A stretch of DNA of 64,000 nt from positions 58,776,001 through 58,840,000 of the forward strand of contig NC_043000.1 in assembly GCF_006345805.1 (NCBI RefSeq), read 5' to 3'. The position numbers were made by a program, and so were the translations under genes. The stretch comes from Octopus sinensis. Lineage: Eukaryota. Positions 13,526-27,674 of this stretch are shown piece by piece (positions within the stretch are counted from its first letter, which is position 1; every line of letters starts with the position of its first letter). A model generated the notes under the pieces. That model did no database searches and was not told the DNA's origin. It was given only the letters and a program-made list of their open reading frames with translations.

Positions 13526-14887
13526 CTGTAGGAATAAACAAAGCATTAACTGAAAATTTCCAAAAAGACTTCCTGCTATTGTAAATATATTTCAACTTCT
13601 CATACATTCATAAATCTTTTTCTTACCACAAACAATTATAGAATGTTTTACAATAAATACTGTACTGTTCAGGCAGACATTACATGTGGAATTTTACATG
13701 AAAACTCAATGGGAAATGAAAAAGAAACTGAAAATAAACAGAGTATGCAAATTTTTAAAATATCCTAAGAATAGGACTGTCATTTTAGGACAATCAAAAA
13801 TTATTGTTATTACCAAAGTTTCTTCATCCAGCCTAAAAGTACACTACCTCCATTTACTTGGATTTATGTTCACAACCTTCACTCACCTTTCAACAAATTT
13901 ACTGAAAGAGGGTGAACATTAACTTCACTACTCTCACCTTCTTCTCCAAGTAAAAGTTGAGGGGGAAAAAAAATCAATGAGGGCTTATTTGAAGAAGAAA
14001 ATGCCCATTTTGAATCCTTTTATTCATGTTTTTCACCAAAGCCACAACACAAAGGAAAACTGCCTGCCCTTCCTAAACAGATGGCAGTGAAGTGGTTTTC
14101 ACAATGGAGTTGGCTGACAGCTAGTTCTGTCTTACACTGGTTAACAAAATGAAGTTACTAACATCCAGACACCGAAAGAATGCTGCTCATCATGTGTTTT
14201 TTCTTTCTTTTCCTTTCTGGTTTCTCAAGTAATATAAAATTATTTGAGCTCAGAATTATCAGAACCCACTTTGGTTTTTTTCTGCTCTAAATACCCCCCC
14301 CCCACCCCTTCAAATCTTATTTGCTGTGAAGCAGAGGAAATTTAACCAAGTTGAATACAGAGTCAAACTAGAAATATGTTTCTGCTAGTTTTCAGGTAAC
14401 AGAAAATATAACAACTTTTTTAATTCATACACTGTTCGGATAAACCATTCATTTGAGTTCAATCTCAGCTACAATTTAGCCCTAATATATGTGAATGTAA
14501 TATTTTGAATAGTTGTTTTGGTTAACATATATCCAGAAAGATTTGTAAAACTTTTTGAAGGTTTTTCAGAAAATAACTGTTTTACATCAATCATCTTAAT
14601 TTGCAATATCTTCATATATAAACTCTTATTCTTCTTGTACATCTAGTGATATTTAAATTTATATTTCATATCCAATGAATTTTTCAATGCCAACCACTTT
14701 ACAGAGTAACCTGGGTGTTTTTTTTACATGGCACCAGCATGTAAAAAATAGTAAGACAAGACCTTAAACTGAGGCAGGAGTAGTATTGAGTGGGTTGGCT
14801 TCGTGCCAAATGATGAGAGATTAGAGTATGAGTAGACAGTCAGATATAGGTGCCTTTCGGAAAAGGAGATACATCGTTATCTCAGTT

Positions 14888-14888
14888 G

Positions 14889-14920
<32 letters not shown>

Positions 14921-14964
14921 TGGTGAAGATACGATTGGGGGGGGGGGCTCCACCACTTTTTCTT

Positions 14965-15013
<49 letters not shown>
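14888..15013. repeat. (GA)n, poly-G, (TC)n and (AC)n compound repeat
   Basis: Directly visible; (GA)n and (TC)n face each other. Confidence 0.9.
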
Positions 15014-15014
<1 letters not shown>

Positions 15015-15262
15015 TGTTTAGGAAAATAAATTTTTATTTTTTGCATTACTTAGATTTCTGAGTGTAGCCAAGATTTACTTACATGGTTAATGCTTTTGAG
15101 AAATACATGAGCATCACACAATTACATTTCCCTCCAATCCATAAGAGGCATTAGAGGTTATGTAAAATTAGTATGTCAATATTTTTAAAACTTAAGAACC
15201 TATTTCAACAAAAGGAAATTGTATCTGATAATAATAAACACTTGACAATTAAAACATCTTAC

Positions 15263-15358
15263 CAATAAAGCTCGTTCTCTCTGTCCATGCTCAGCAAGAT
15301 AATCTAATAATGCTCTCTGTAGGCTTTCTGTTTGCCTATAATCTTTATCCATATTCAT
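15263..15358 (-). CDS. NIPBL: NIPBL exon (MNMDKDYRQTESLQRALLDYLAEHGQRERALL)
   Basis: Contains LQ.ALLDYL; acceptor ttgtattgtag, donor gtaaga. Confidence 0.93.
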
Positions 15359-16066
15359 CTACAATACAATAGCATTGTCAAGAGAAATCCTTTCAAATTA
15401 TAATTTTTTGAAACATAATTAATAAAACATTTACAAGAAATTTAACTCCAAACACAAAAGTCTACTCACTAAGATATATGTTTAGAAATATTGAAAACAT
15501 CATAAAAATTCTTTTTATAAATTATCAAAATGGATTGGAAAAAGTAGTTACATAGTATAAAACAATATTATTTAACAATGACTTAATTACAAACATTATT
15601 TTCACTTATTGATAAACAGAAACTTTTCTTCATAAAAATAAAATTACAATTTTTTGTAAAATTGTTAAAATTATCTTTAAATATCTCTTAATTTTCTTGT
15701 CTTTATGCAATTTCAACTTTTAAAAAAATTCATTGAAAAGTTTGGTATATAATTTCCCATCTTAAATTACAAGGGTGGGCTAAAAAGTTCATAGACTAAC
15801 TATGAGGAGAGAGTTAAATCAAATATAGATCAACATTTCCCATACATTATATATACAATAATCAACATTCAATCTAGACCCAACATTTGTGGATTATAAT
15901 AATGGTTTATTCAAAACATCAGGAAGTTATTAATTCAAATGTATAAATCAATATAAGTAGAAATGCCATAAAGATTTGTTTTTATAGTAATAGAACAACT
16001 GTATAACTTTCTTTGATGACAACACTTAAATTTTTAAATAATACAAGAACAAAGAAAATAATTTAC

Positions 16067-16105
16067 CAATGAAGAATCTTTTCTGTCCGGACCTGAAAAC
16101 ATCAT
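16067..16105 (-). CDS. NIPBL: NIPBL 39-nt micro-exon (MMFSGPDRKDSSL), phase 0 to 0
   Basis: Strong poly-T/poly-C tract ending ctag as acceptor, donor gtaaat; open frame in a variable HEAT linker. Confidence 0.6.
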
Positions 16106-16371
16106 CTAGGGGGGGGAAAAAAATTTAATGTTTTATTCTAAATGAGATCAGTTTATTCAGTATATTTATACAGTATATTCAGCATATAAAGAAAATATAC
16201 ATTGATCATAGTTAAAACAGAGTATGCTACAAAATATGGTTAAGTTAATTGTATGAAGATGACATGTTCCATTTATGGAATACAAGCAAATTTAAATTTA
16301 ATTGTTAAATTTCAAAAATCTCATAGAAAAAATCAAAAATTCCAAAGACAAAAAATGTCCTGATTAATTAC

Positions 16372-16515
16372 CTTCTCAACAATATCGTTTACAGTTTCCT
16401 GATCCATGTGACTTGATATTGCATCCCTACGTAACCTTGCCGCAACAATACCAAGATATTCAAGTGAAGCAACTCGCAGTGACATGTCTGTGGATTTGTT
16501 ACTAAATTGCTGCAC
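16372..16515 (-). CDS. NIPBL: NIPBL exon (VQQFSNKSTDMSLRVASLEYLGIVAARLRRDA...IVEK)
   Basis: Contains LRVASL.YLG.VAARLR; AG/GT boundaries. Confidence 0.97.
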
Positions 16516-17744
16516 CTAAATGTAAAAAATAGAATTACTTAAAATCCTGAAAATGTAAGTATTTGGTATATTGAAAATTTTATAATTGTGTAGTTTTTCA
16601 AAGGTATCCAGCATAACTTTAAATCATTTATTTTTCTAACAAAAATGTTTTCAAAAAGTCTGAATTACTATAAATCAGTAGTATTATTTACGTAGTATGA
16701 ATAACACACTGTATACATGCAACAGAAAGATTTTTATAGTATTAAAACAACAACAAAATACAAACATTAAAGCAATATTTTAAATGATGGAATTTTTTAT
16801 ACTGCATCTTAGTAAAGATGAAACTTTAAATCAAAAATTGTTAAAATAAAAGGATAATTCTCTAGCATCTAACCTATTTAATAAATTCTTGTAAACTATC
16901 AGATATATCATTATCCATCCCAATGAAAGGTACTCTGACCCTGGTGTTGAAAACAACTTCAAATTAAACTGTCCATCTAATAAGCATAGCACAAAGTAGT
17001 GAAAAAAAAGAACATATGCTGATTTTGAAAGATAAACAAAGAAAGATGTAAGAAGAAAATTTTTGGTTAGCTAAGAGTTTAATACGAAAAGCACAGAAAC
17101 TAAAACACCATAAGTGCAAAAGTTATATAGAAACAATTGCTGCATTTATTATTACCAAAAGTAAGGTTAATCAGGTCAGAAGTAAATAAGAAATTGCAAC
17201 AGTTAGTTTATAAAATGGAGATTAGTAATGATTTATCAAAATACTTAATAAGCATCATATTGTTATAATTCATTTCAAACTTTGGCACAAGGCCACAAAC
17301 TTTCTGAGAAGGTATAGTTGATTAAATCAGTTCTAGTATTTGACTACTGGCTATTTTATCTTACTGAAGAACAAAAGGCTTATCCAACCCTAACAAGAGA
17401 TAACTAAACACTACACAGCATTTTCTGGTGTTATAACAGATTCTGCTATTGCTCACCCTTCTTAAAAGAGTATATCAAAACATCAAGAATGAAGACAAAA
17501 ATGCAATAGGTCACATAATTAAATGTTGTTATAATTGTTGTGTAGAACTATAGCAGTGGAGTAACTTAATTATTTAATAGCCCACAAACTGCTTAGCTTA
17601 TTATTGATCAGATGCAATACAATTCAGATACAATCTAAGCAATTGTGTAGATATTGTCATATTGCTTATTTGAAATTAATTTACTTGGTTAAGGACTATA
17701 ATCAATTAATTTTCTTGTTATGAACATCATGTCTTGAGAATCAG

Positions 17745-18078
17745 CATCAGCATCGTTTAACGTCCATTTTCCATGCTGGCATGGGTTGGACGATTCGACT
17801 GGGGTCATTTGATTTTGGTGTTGATGTACTTGACTCAATAGGTCTCCTCAAGCACAGCATGTCACCCTACGATCCAAGGTACTTTTGAGTGGGCTGGTTA
17901 TGCAACAATGGCGAAGGTTACAGCTGCGAACTCACTTTATTTGCCATATCTTCTCAGTCACAGCATATCTCCAGAGGTCTCGGTCTTTGCCTCTGTGAGG
18001 CCTAACGTTCAATGGTCGTGCTTCAGCACCTCATACCATGTCTTCCTGAGTTTCCCTCTACCCCGGATTCCACTGTTT
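17745..18078 (-). mobile_element. RTE LINE 3' fragment
   Basis: Minus strand encodes GIRGRGKLRKTWYEVLKHD..TLGL...LWRYAV, followed by the same 3' tail as 61985..62772. Confidence 0.75.
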
Positions 18079-18479
18079 GGAATGTTATTCAAAAGCTTAA
18101 AACATGAAATGGGATTGAGATTGTAGATGGTGTGAACTTTGGAGTAGTTATCACATATTAGTAATCAGAATAACTTGTATAAAAGAAATCTCATTTTGAT
18201 TGTAGCCTTTAAATGTGATGTGGTATCTTGAAATAAACTACTTGGGTTTTATAGATGCTGTTTTAAAAGATTTACCAATGATGAGGACATTATCTGATCA
18301 GATTAAATAACAAAACTAATGTATAATATATAAGGATACAATATTTAAGAGTATTTAATGTGATAATATTTTTCAATTCCCAAGTATGTACTATCTAATG
18401 TGGATGGATATGCAATCTGAGTTAAAAAATAAATTTGCAAATCATTACTTATAAAACTTAAAATGTAACTAACTGCAGA

Positions 18480-19540
18480 CATTTCCTGTGTCTATGAACT
18501 CCTCCAACCACCAGTAATTATTTAGGCACATAGCATTTTACATGAAGAACTTCTCTTAAGTCATCCTCTTTGACTTTAAGGCTCACAGTTTCTCTTATCC
18601 TTTGCATTCCTCTAATCTGTCTGTAACAGTCTTTATCCCTGACTGACACGTAACACTAATGACTTCTTTGCCACCTCTCCACACCAGTCTTTACCTACAG
18701 ATCATCCACATCTACTGTATTTCCTGATAACTACTCCATTATGATAACATATCACACAATGCTAACCTTTTGGTATTTCTAATTTGCCAGAGCTCTGCTA
18801 GTTTATACTGATTACCCCAGTAGAAAATATATTTCACCTGTTTAAAGTATCCTCCTACATATATACCTCCACATCCCTCACACAACTAAAGCCCCTGACA
18901 ACAAATTCCCCTAAGAGATTCACCTGCAGATGTGTTGCAGTAGTACAGGTGAAGAACAAGGCCTACAACATCAGGAAGAAGCTATCCACTCGGATGAACT
19001 GGAGTGCTTTAACTCACCACAACAATGCCTGCAAAATAACCATCAGAAAAGCAAAAGACATCTTCATACATTTCACAGCTTACAAATGACTCCCATCTCC
19101 CAAAGTGAAGAGGCTCTACCAGCTGAATCTTCCTATCCACCAGTTTTAAGATAATTCTGTCAACTCCCAATTAAAAAGCTTTTGCATTTCCTGCCTGTAT
19201 ACTACATTCACACAAAACTATCATTTTCATTCAACCAATCTTGGCAACTATACACACAGTCACCAAGTGTAAAAACTCTAATGGTTGATTCAACCCAATT
19301 AGACAATCAGCCCTGTGAATGTCTTTTAAATCTCAAACAGTATATGCATAGAGTATGCAACTAGCTTGCTGGACAAGCTAACTGCATTCTTGGCCCATTT
19401 GTTCCTTCACAACTTGTCGTCTTGGATGTGTTTTACTTCCCAGGAACCCCACTTTAACATTTTCTGCAACTCTTCTTTCTCAGAAGTGCTATTCTCTAAA
19501 AATCTCTTTCCCATTCATGTTTTTCCACCGGATCTTGAAC
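18480..19540 (+). mobile_element. Highly decayed CR1/L2/Jockey-type LINE fragment (endonuclease-to-RT linker)
   Basis: C-rich block with weak remnants of LINE ORF2 motifs; many stops. Confidence 0.45.
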
Positions 19541-21057
19541 AATAAAAACTTAAAAGGAGCATCTATCTTGCCAGTTTGGGAGTATTTAAAGAAGTATAGG
19601 CACCGCCCATCTGTCACTAATAAGCCCACTTTTTTTTTTTAAATTGTAAATGCATACGTAATTATTTTACTTTAAACATTTGATAATGAGCTGCAACATT
19701 TAGGGTCGATGATTTAAATATAGAAGAATTATTCATCATCACCAACATCAGGACAAGAATATAATAACTAATTTTCTATACTTTTTTAACAGCTGAACTA
19801 AATATTGCATATTGCTAATTCAGCTCCCATCCTACATTTAAAAATTATTTAAGACCAGAGTAACATTCTAATCCTTCTAATACAACAAATATTTAAATGT
19901 ATACACATTTAACTAAAAATACAAGTTCATTCAGAAGGTATATTTTGTATGAATTATTTAACTAAACATGAAGTTCCTGAGTTAATGATAACTTATCTTG
20001 AAATAAAAAGCAGCTCATACCTAATTACTTTACCAATTCATTGAAAACCAAAACTGGAGAAAAGAACAAGACATCAAATTATATCTTTTCTTTATAAGAA
20101 AAAGATATAATAAAAATATTATAAGTAATTTTTAAAAATTATAATGGAATAACAACATAAAGTTTTTTAACTCCTTATAAAAATAAAAATATTTAAAAAA
20201 TGTTAAATAAGTGATATATTCAGATAAATACACAATGTATTGTAATGATCTGAAATGTCTCAGTATCTTAGTTTGTATTATATATACTGAACATATACAC
20301 TAAAAGGTTTTAACCATTATGATTAATAATTCTATTGACTTACGACAAATTAACAATTAACTATATCCTTCTTAACTATAATATACTTTTCTCAACTATA
20401 ATATACTTTTCCAAAGACATAAACCTAGTTTTCTGCTGTCTAAGTATGTAGATATGTGCGATTTAAGTCTGTAGAGATGTACCGATACACAGACACCGAA
20501 TAGCCTTCTAATGCAACTCAAATTGTTTAAAAAAAACAGCATCAAACATTTCAAGGTTTGATGAGTAATACAAGTTGCTTTCTTCTATCTTCTATCAGCA
20601 AATTTTTAATTACATCAACTTTTTTCAAAGTAAGTTCAACTCTGGATATTATCTGCTTCTAGTTTACATTTCTTTTCCCAAAAACTAACATCCATTCACA
20701 TTTAATGAAACCTACAAAACGCCTGATGACCAATTCTTAATCATCTTGTAAGTTAAAAGAGAGACAGAGAGAGATAAATTACATATTAAACACAAAAACA
20801 TGCATCCATATATTTATACTTTTTCTCAAACCAATTTAGGTTTGTGTGTATTAGTGTCATACTAAGTTACTAAACTACAAAGCTTTTATTCTAAACCATG
20901 TTTACTCTAATAAGATAACAGAATATATGATTCAATTCAGTTTTCTAATAACATAAATATTTCTGAAGCAGAACACCAGTTCAAGAAAAATAATCAATAC
21001 TTAGCAATATTGACAACGCAAAAGTAAAAAACAATTCTTAAATAACTCAAAACTTAC

Positions 21058-21187
21058 AAGGATTCGCCCTAAGAGACTCAATAAAAGTTCTGATGCAGGC
21101 CATTCAGGTTTATTCACTGTTGAAAGTAAATCCTGGACAAAATTTTCAAAAAGTGGGCGAAAATCATCTTCACTTTTTGCAGTACAC
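21058..21187 (-). CDS. NIPBL: NIPBL exon (CTAKSEDDFRPLFENFVQDLLSTVNKPEWPASELLLSLLGRIL)
   Basis: Highly conserved Scc2 motif; AG/GT boundaries. Confidence 0.97.
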
Positions 21188-21701
21188 CTAAAGAAACAAA
21201 ACAAAATATTTTAGAATTTTAAATATATGGTTTATTGACAAACATTCTAAATATGAATCACCTTAACAATGGGAAATAAAAGTTTAAAATCAAGCTAGTT
21301 AAAAAGTGGATTATTCTCCAAATAAAAAAAATAAATTTCCAATAGTTTCAATAAAAAGCAATTTTCATCAGTTTTGCACTGAAGTAGCTCAATACATTTT
21401 GATAAACATTTATATTAAAAAAAAAAAACAACAACTAAGAAATAAATTGTTTGTTTTTTTCTCTCTTTCACACACATATAAATGACTATTCGCTTACATT
21501 TACCCCAAGAAAATACTCTTTATAGTAATATACTGTACTGATAAAGATCTAACTCCTTACAGCACTGCATATTTATTTTATTTTAATTAAAATTTTGGCC
21601 TGACACTCCAGCTTTTTTTATATATTTTATTAGAATAAGTCAGATAGTAAATAAGATAATTTTAATTAAAATTTCTTGGTTTGCTACATCAATTATGCTA
21701 G

Positions 21702-21705
<4 letters not shown>

Positions 21706-21745
<40 letters not shown>
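21706..21745. repeat. (TA)n microsatellite
   Basis: Directly visible. Confidence 0.95.
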
Positions 21746-21750
<5 letters not shown>

Positions 21751-22415
21751 ATAGGGTCATTCCATATGACCTTATGGTATAAATACAGTTGTTTATAAAT
21801 TATTTCTGAGATTGGTTGTTACCATATTTAATGTCTAGAACTTTTAAAAAAGTGGAGTAGAATAAAATATGCAGTATCAAACAATATTTGTGAATTATTT
21901 TTTTCTTTAAAATTTCTATTAATCTATGTCCAAAACTTATATTTCTGCCCATTCACTTAATTTGTGTGCAATCATTCCACCAGGTGACAACAAATGTAGC
22001 TTTGTTGATGTAGATGATGATGATAAGACATACTTAAAAATGTAGCTTATGACAGCTGGTAAAGTGAAATAATAGTATTGTCATCAACTAGAACTGTTTG
22101 TTACCCACTGGATAATTTATTCAAGCTCAACTTATTAATGCTTCATTCATGTTTTAAATACACTGACACTCACTTATATGCAGTTAGATGAATCAAATAA
22201 TCAAACAATGATATTCCCTCTCAAATAACATCTCTGTCATCTTCATTACTGTTATTATCATTATTAACAGATAAAAAATAAATACCTGTAATTAGTAAAT
22301 TAAATATTTAATAATGATTTAGTTAATAAAAGAAGTTTACAAATTCCTATTAATTTAATATGTATGCTTTACTGCGAAATTACATCTAGAAATGTAGAAA
22401 GACATTGTTACATAC

Positions 22416-22498
22416 TTTTTTAAAAAAACTGATAGAAAGTTATATCCAGTCCGCATTGCAGTTTCATAAGATGTTACAATTAACACATCATTATCAGT
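22416..22498 (-). CDS. NIPBL: NIPBL exon (TDNDVLIVTSYETAMRTGYNFLSVFLK)
   Basis: Contains SYETAMRT; AG/GT boundaries, phase 0 to 2. Confidence 0.96.
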
Positions 22499-23339
22499 CT
22501 GAAATAGAAATACCAACATTAAAACAAAAAAGATAAATTTGTTCAATTTTGTTTCCCTCTTTTCCAGACATAGTATATCTAGCACTACATCTACCCCAAT
22601 GACCATCGCACAGAATCAAAGATAAAAGCTTTCACTAATTGCTTTCCATGCCCATGTAATTACAAGCAGATATAAATACCTTCTCATCCTTGACACAATG
22701 AAACATCTAGGACTTACCGCAAGTCCAACACCCTAACCACCAATAATATTGAAATGGTAGAATACTAAAATAAGTTAAGGCATAGTTCTAAAAGTGCCTA
22801 AAATAGAAGGCAAGCTTATTGAAAAACTTGAAAGCAAAAAACACACACACACATGGTAAGGAACAGAAAGATAGAGCAAAGTAGTGGTGATAACTATTTG
22901 AACATATGACAAAAGGGTAATGCGCAATTTATGGAAACTTCTGTAAGTGGGTTTTTAATTATAACTGGGACAAAGAAGGATTAAGATGTGACACTAAGCA
23001 AGAAACATACACTAAGAAAAAGAAAGAAAAATGTAATCTACACTAAAATAAATCAATCCAACCTGTAGTAGAACAGGCATACTACTAATGATGGTGACAG
23101 TGTTCAGAGTTTTTGTTTCTATTGCTGGTTCCTGGTTCTCTTGTTTGAAGATTGTATTTTCAAAAGCAATAAAATTCATGCTTAGAGAAATTAAACAGTA
23201 TTTTCTAACAAACATTATAAAATAATAACCAAGTTCCTTAATTTTAGTAATAATTGCTGATATATTTTAAAAGGAAAATTTTGTAAGCCCTATTTAAAAT
23301 TTTTATTTTAGTTTTTTATTTGTAAAACCTTTCACATAC

Positions 23340-23484
23340 CTTTCCTTTAGAATTTTTTTCCGGAGCTTTTTCCTCCCCCATAAATTGATTCATTGCTATT
23401 TTTGGTTTGGGAACTTTTACAACACACTGGATCAACTGTAAAGCAAGGGCAGTTACCATTTGAATTGATTCTTCTGCATTTAAC
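23340..23484 (-). CDS. NIPBL: NIPBL exon (LNAEESIQMVTALALQLIQCVV...NSKGK)
   Basis: Lies within ORF 23316..23552; contains IQMVTAL.LQLIQCVV. Confidence 0.96.
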
Positions 23485-23866
23485 CTAGAAACAAGAAGAA
23501 AAATTAGAAAGATAAAATAGATGTCAATGAAGAATCTTAACAAAAGCTTCACAGACTCAAAACAAGTGCAAAATAGTTTATCAGTTCATTATTGTAATTC
23601 TTAATAAATGTTTAGCCTTACTTCTTGGATTTTCTTATAGAACTAATCTCACATTGAAACACTTTACCTACAAAAAGGTAACTTCAGATAGCAAGCAAAG
23701 CTGTTCATACACTCCTATCTACTAACTTATATTTAGAATACGCATGCCATTATTAATGAAATGTTATGAAGTTATGTAAATATATTTTAAGTACAATTAA
23801 GCTATATACTTCAAAATGATTAAAATTTAATTTCATGATAAAAGTTTCAAAACAAAAAAAAATAAC

Positions 23867-23967
23867 CTGTAATTCCGAAGATTTCGTTTGCTAGATGGTA
23901 AACGAGCAAGAGAAGCAAAAATATCTTCAAGAATAAGCTGCCTGTGTTTGTCATATTTTGAAAAAAT
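23867..23967 (-). CDS. NIPBL: NIPBL exon (IFSKYDKHRQLILEDIFASLARLPSSKRNLRNY)
   Basis: AG/GT boundaries (donor gttatt); near-identical to the conserved motif. Confidence 0.96.
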
Positions 23968-26098
23968 CTGAAAAATATATGTTAAGTATTGAGATAATAT
24001 TTGTATTTAAAAAGATACAAAAATGTTAAAACAATCATTTAATACAAATTTTTCATCTTAGTATTTTTCTGTACAAATGATGAAATTTTCTATTTTTGAA
24101 AGCATATGAAGTATAGGTATCTTATTTGCTTTTATTTCACCACTCACAGAGAGATACAAGTCAAAGTTAATCCTAATGATTTGAATGCAATAGGTAAGAT
24201 TCAGAGCTAGCTGGTAAAGTCTGTGAATGTCTGAACCATAGATGAAAGATAATGCAATAACTCCATTAAGTGTAGTTTAGATTAGAAAGCAATTTATTTG
24301 AGAAGTATATCAAAATGTGAACCACATAAAAATGTATTTTATATAATAGAATGTTGAAATTGTATATGGATTAAGAAGACATTGTTGAGTGTAATTTATA
24401 GTATGAGTTGATATTCCTTAGTGAATTTATTCCCTATAGCTATTAACTCGTTTTCATGGAAACAAGATTCTAATTTGTTTATATAAGGTTTGATTGAATG
24501 GGTTACAGTATAATGTCAAACAAACAGGGTATGTTGAAGATGTTGAATGTAACAGATAAATAAAAGTAAGGAACAGATAGGATTTTACTGAAAACTTTTC
24601 AACAAATCAGTCTTCCTAAGGATGTGATGGCATTACTTTTCTTTTAATTAATAGAGAACAAACTTACTGATGTATATTGTAGGGATGAAGGATAATATGG
24701 AATTATTTTCAGCTAAAAAAGTGTCTAGTGTATATTTGGTGAGATTTAAATGTTGCTGGCTACTGATCTATATAGTTGGATTTGCTTTCTTATGATTTTT
24801 CCTCATCTTGTCTGCTTTCTCCCACTTCAATGTCCCATCATCTCATGTGGCTTGATGTCAGTTTTCCTGTCACTTCTTTAACACACTCATTTATGGAAAA
24901 AGACACAGGAATGTCTGTGTGGATATGGAGTTATCCTTGTAACTACATGGTTTTGAATTTTGTCTCTTAGCATGACACTCTAAGCAAGTATTTTCCACCA
25001 TAACCTTAGACTAACCAATTCTTTATGAGTGGAACTGGTAAGATAAAACAGAATGGAAGCTTGTCAAATGTGTGCACGTAAGTGCAAATACTGACATTCT
25101 ACATCTTTGCTTGTCACTGCTTGAGAAAAAACAATGCTTGCATTCACTTTGACATTAAAACTAGTTACTCAGTGGAATAAAGAAATCTAATGGGGTTTGA
25201 AAAGACAATGGTTCCATATAGAAAACTTTTTTGGTTTTTCAACCAGAAGGCTTGTAGTAGCATGTTAGAAATAAAACCATACCCTCCTTTTTTAAAAAAC
25301 AAAATCACTTATATCATTTAATACAAGTTACATTATGTCTGAATAAAAGGTAGAGTTGTCATGTCAAAAATATCTTTGGTCAGCAAATGACCTCGGATTA
25401 TATAATAATCTTTTTCCAAGTGCCTAATGCTACACTGTGGCTGCAAGTTTTTAACAAATCAATTTATATCTGTTGCTAATAACATTCTAGGCTTTCATAT
25501 CTATGTAAGAAACAGTTGTGGTCTTGCTGTTAAGAAGTTTACTGTCTGACCACACAGGTTTGAGTTCAGTCCCACAGCATGACACTTTGGGCAAATGTCT
25601 TTTACCATTCCCAGGGTTGAGCAATACTATGTAAGTGGATCTGATAGATGGAAACTGAAATAACTGTGTGTGTGAATGTGTCCCCTTGTTTTAACATCAC
25701 TCAATAGTTGCAAATGAGTGTCATTTATTTCCAATATTCTATGGAAACACATCCAGCCATGGAGAAGTATAAACTTATGTGGACTGAGATTAGGGTTGGT
25801 GACAGGGTGTTTAGCTACAGAAAATCTGCTTCAATAAACTCTGTCCAACCCAAGCAAACATGGAAAAGTAGTTGTTGTGATAATAATGATGTGTATTGCT
25901 TTGTGGCATAATGGTAATATGTTAGACAATGGGAAAAAAGGATATGAGAATTAGTTATATGAAAAAAGAACCATTATACCACTATCAAATGAATTTAGAT
26001 AAGTACAATAAATCTATAACACACTGCATCAATGATAATGATGACAGCAGTGGTGGTTGCAACAGCAGCAATCAAATGAAACATATTATATTACTTAC

Positions 26099-26179
26099 AA
26101 TAGTGACTAACTTCATGGCATTTAATTGCATTTCACTTATATTTTCCACAAAAAATGGTGACACACCTAACGTAGAAAC
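26099..26179 (-). CDS. NIPBL: NIPBL exon (VSTLGVSPFFVENISEMQLNAMKLVTI)
   Basis: Acceptor ccttttcag, donor gtaagt; matches PFFVENVSELQL. Confidence 0.96.
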
Positions 26180-26717
26180 CTGAAAAGGATGAAATGGAAT
26201 TATAACCCAAAATCAAAACATTATTAAAAGTCAAACAAAATGAAGTATATTAGTGACATTAGTTAACTGAACGCATAAATTCAAATAAAATGATATCCAC
26301 TCAAAGATACAGGCTTTATTTCTCATAGTTATATATATGACAAATGAGTTAATATAATTTTTAAAACAGATGATTAAAAAGTGATAAACTACAGTCTTCT
26401 TTAAATTGATAATATAAGATGTAAAGGAAACAGTTTCTTCCAGAATAAAGATAGCCACAACCTCGTTAATTTTTTTTACACATCTAAAATAACATACTTG
26501 AAATTATTTAAATATTTACTGAAATTCATTTCGGATTTGATAAATTTATGAAGAGAAAAGAAAAAATACATATATATACATATATAATCACATACTCCAA
26601 AAAGACATTCATATTCATAGTTTTCTTTAAATACCAAAGAGTTCATGCAATTCTTATAGATAGGATAATCAAATTTATTCATTTTATAAACTTAATTTTT
26701 TACAGATTCTAACTTAC

Positions 26718-26872
26718 CTGTAGGACAACAGTGTCAGTAAGTTCTTGGATACTTAATAACACACCTAAGGCCTCGACTAGCTCACACAGTTTATTATAGA
26801 GCATGATAGTTAATTTATTTTTAACTATATGTGACCGGGATCTCTTGGCTTTCACACTGCCATGATAACCAT
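26718..26872 (-). CDS. NIPBL: NIPBL exon (GYHGSVKAKR...MLYNKLCELV...LTDTVVLQ)
   Basis: Lies within ORF 26709..26909; AG/GT boundaries, phase 1 to 0. Confidence 0.95.
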
Positions 26873-27004
26873 CTAAATTAAACCAAAAAATCAAATATAA
26901 CACTGACATTTTTCTTTCTTTTTTTTTTTTTTCAAATATTCGGATAAATACAATGAGAGAAAAACCAAGAAAAAATTTTATTAATAGAATAAAAGTTGGC
27001 TTAA

Positions 27005-27216
27005 TCCTTTAGCATTTAAACTGGCCATATCCATCTCAAACATTCAGCCTGCTTTACGACTAAATCTGGCCTCTTACACCTACTCTAAAATGATGTTTTA
27101 AAGATAAAGCAATCACATCAGCAAAATCTCAAAGCCACGAGGTGTTGCATGATTAATTCAAAACCATGTGGATAAACAAGTATTACAATTGATAGAGTAA
27201 TTTGAATGCTAAAGGA
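27005..27216. mobile_element. piggyBac-like MITE, 212 bp
   Basis: TTAA on both sides (27001-4, 27217-20); TIR TCCTTTAGCATT[T/C]AAA matches 15/16. Confidence 0.8.
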
Positions 27217-27674
27217 TTAAACAAAAGTGTATTAGATTATATAATAATAATTCCAACCATACTTTCAATACTAACTTGGGGCATGAATGAACAGTTTAGT
27301 TCTGCTATTTTCATTACATAGATTCTATAACCTTAATACGAATTTAGAATACCAAACTGTTTAATCTCAACTTCCTGGTGAAAGGAAGAGTATCTGGCAA
27401 CAGTAAAACTGCCTCAGCAAATTCCATGCAAGCATGGAAAATGGATATTAAAACAATGATAATCATATGTCATCAAAATCTGAAATTATGCTACAACTTT
27501 TATTTATGAAGCACAAAGTTGATTTTAGAAATCAAGATACTATTATTTAAGCTATGGACAGACATAAGCAATTTTATGACAAGGGTTTCAGAAAGATACA
27601 ATGGTGCTCCAGCATGACCGCAGCTACAAGGCTGAAACAAATAAAATTCTTGACACAAAACAAAGTGTCCTTAC

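Noticed and set aside
23012-23215. ORF in the intron between exons 23340 and 22498
   Set aside because: No convincing splice-site pair; the flanking exons already join in frame
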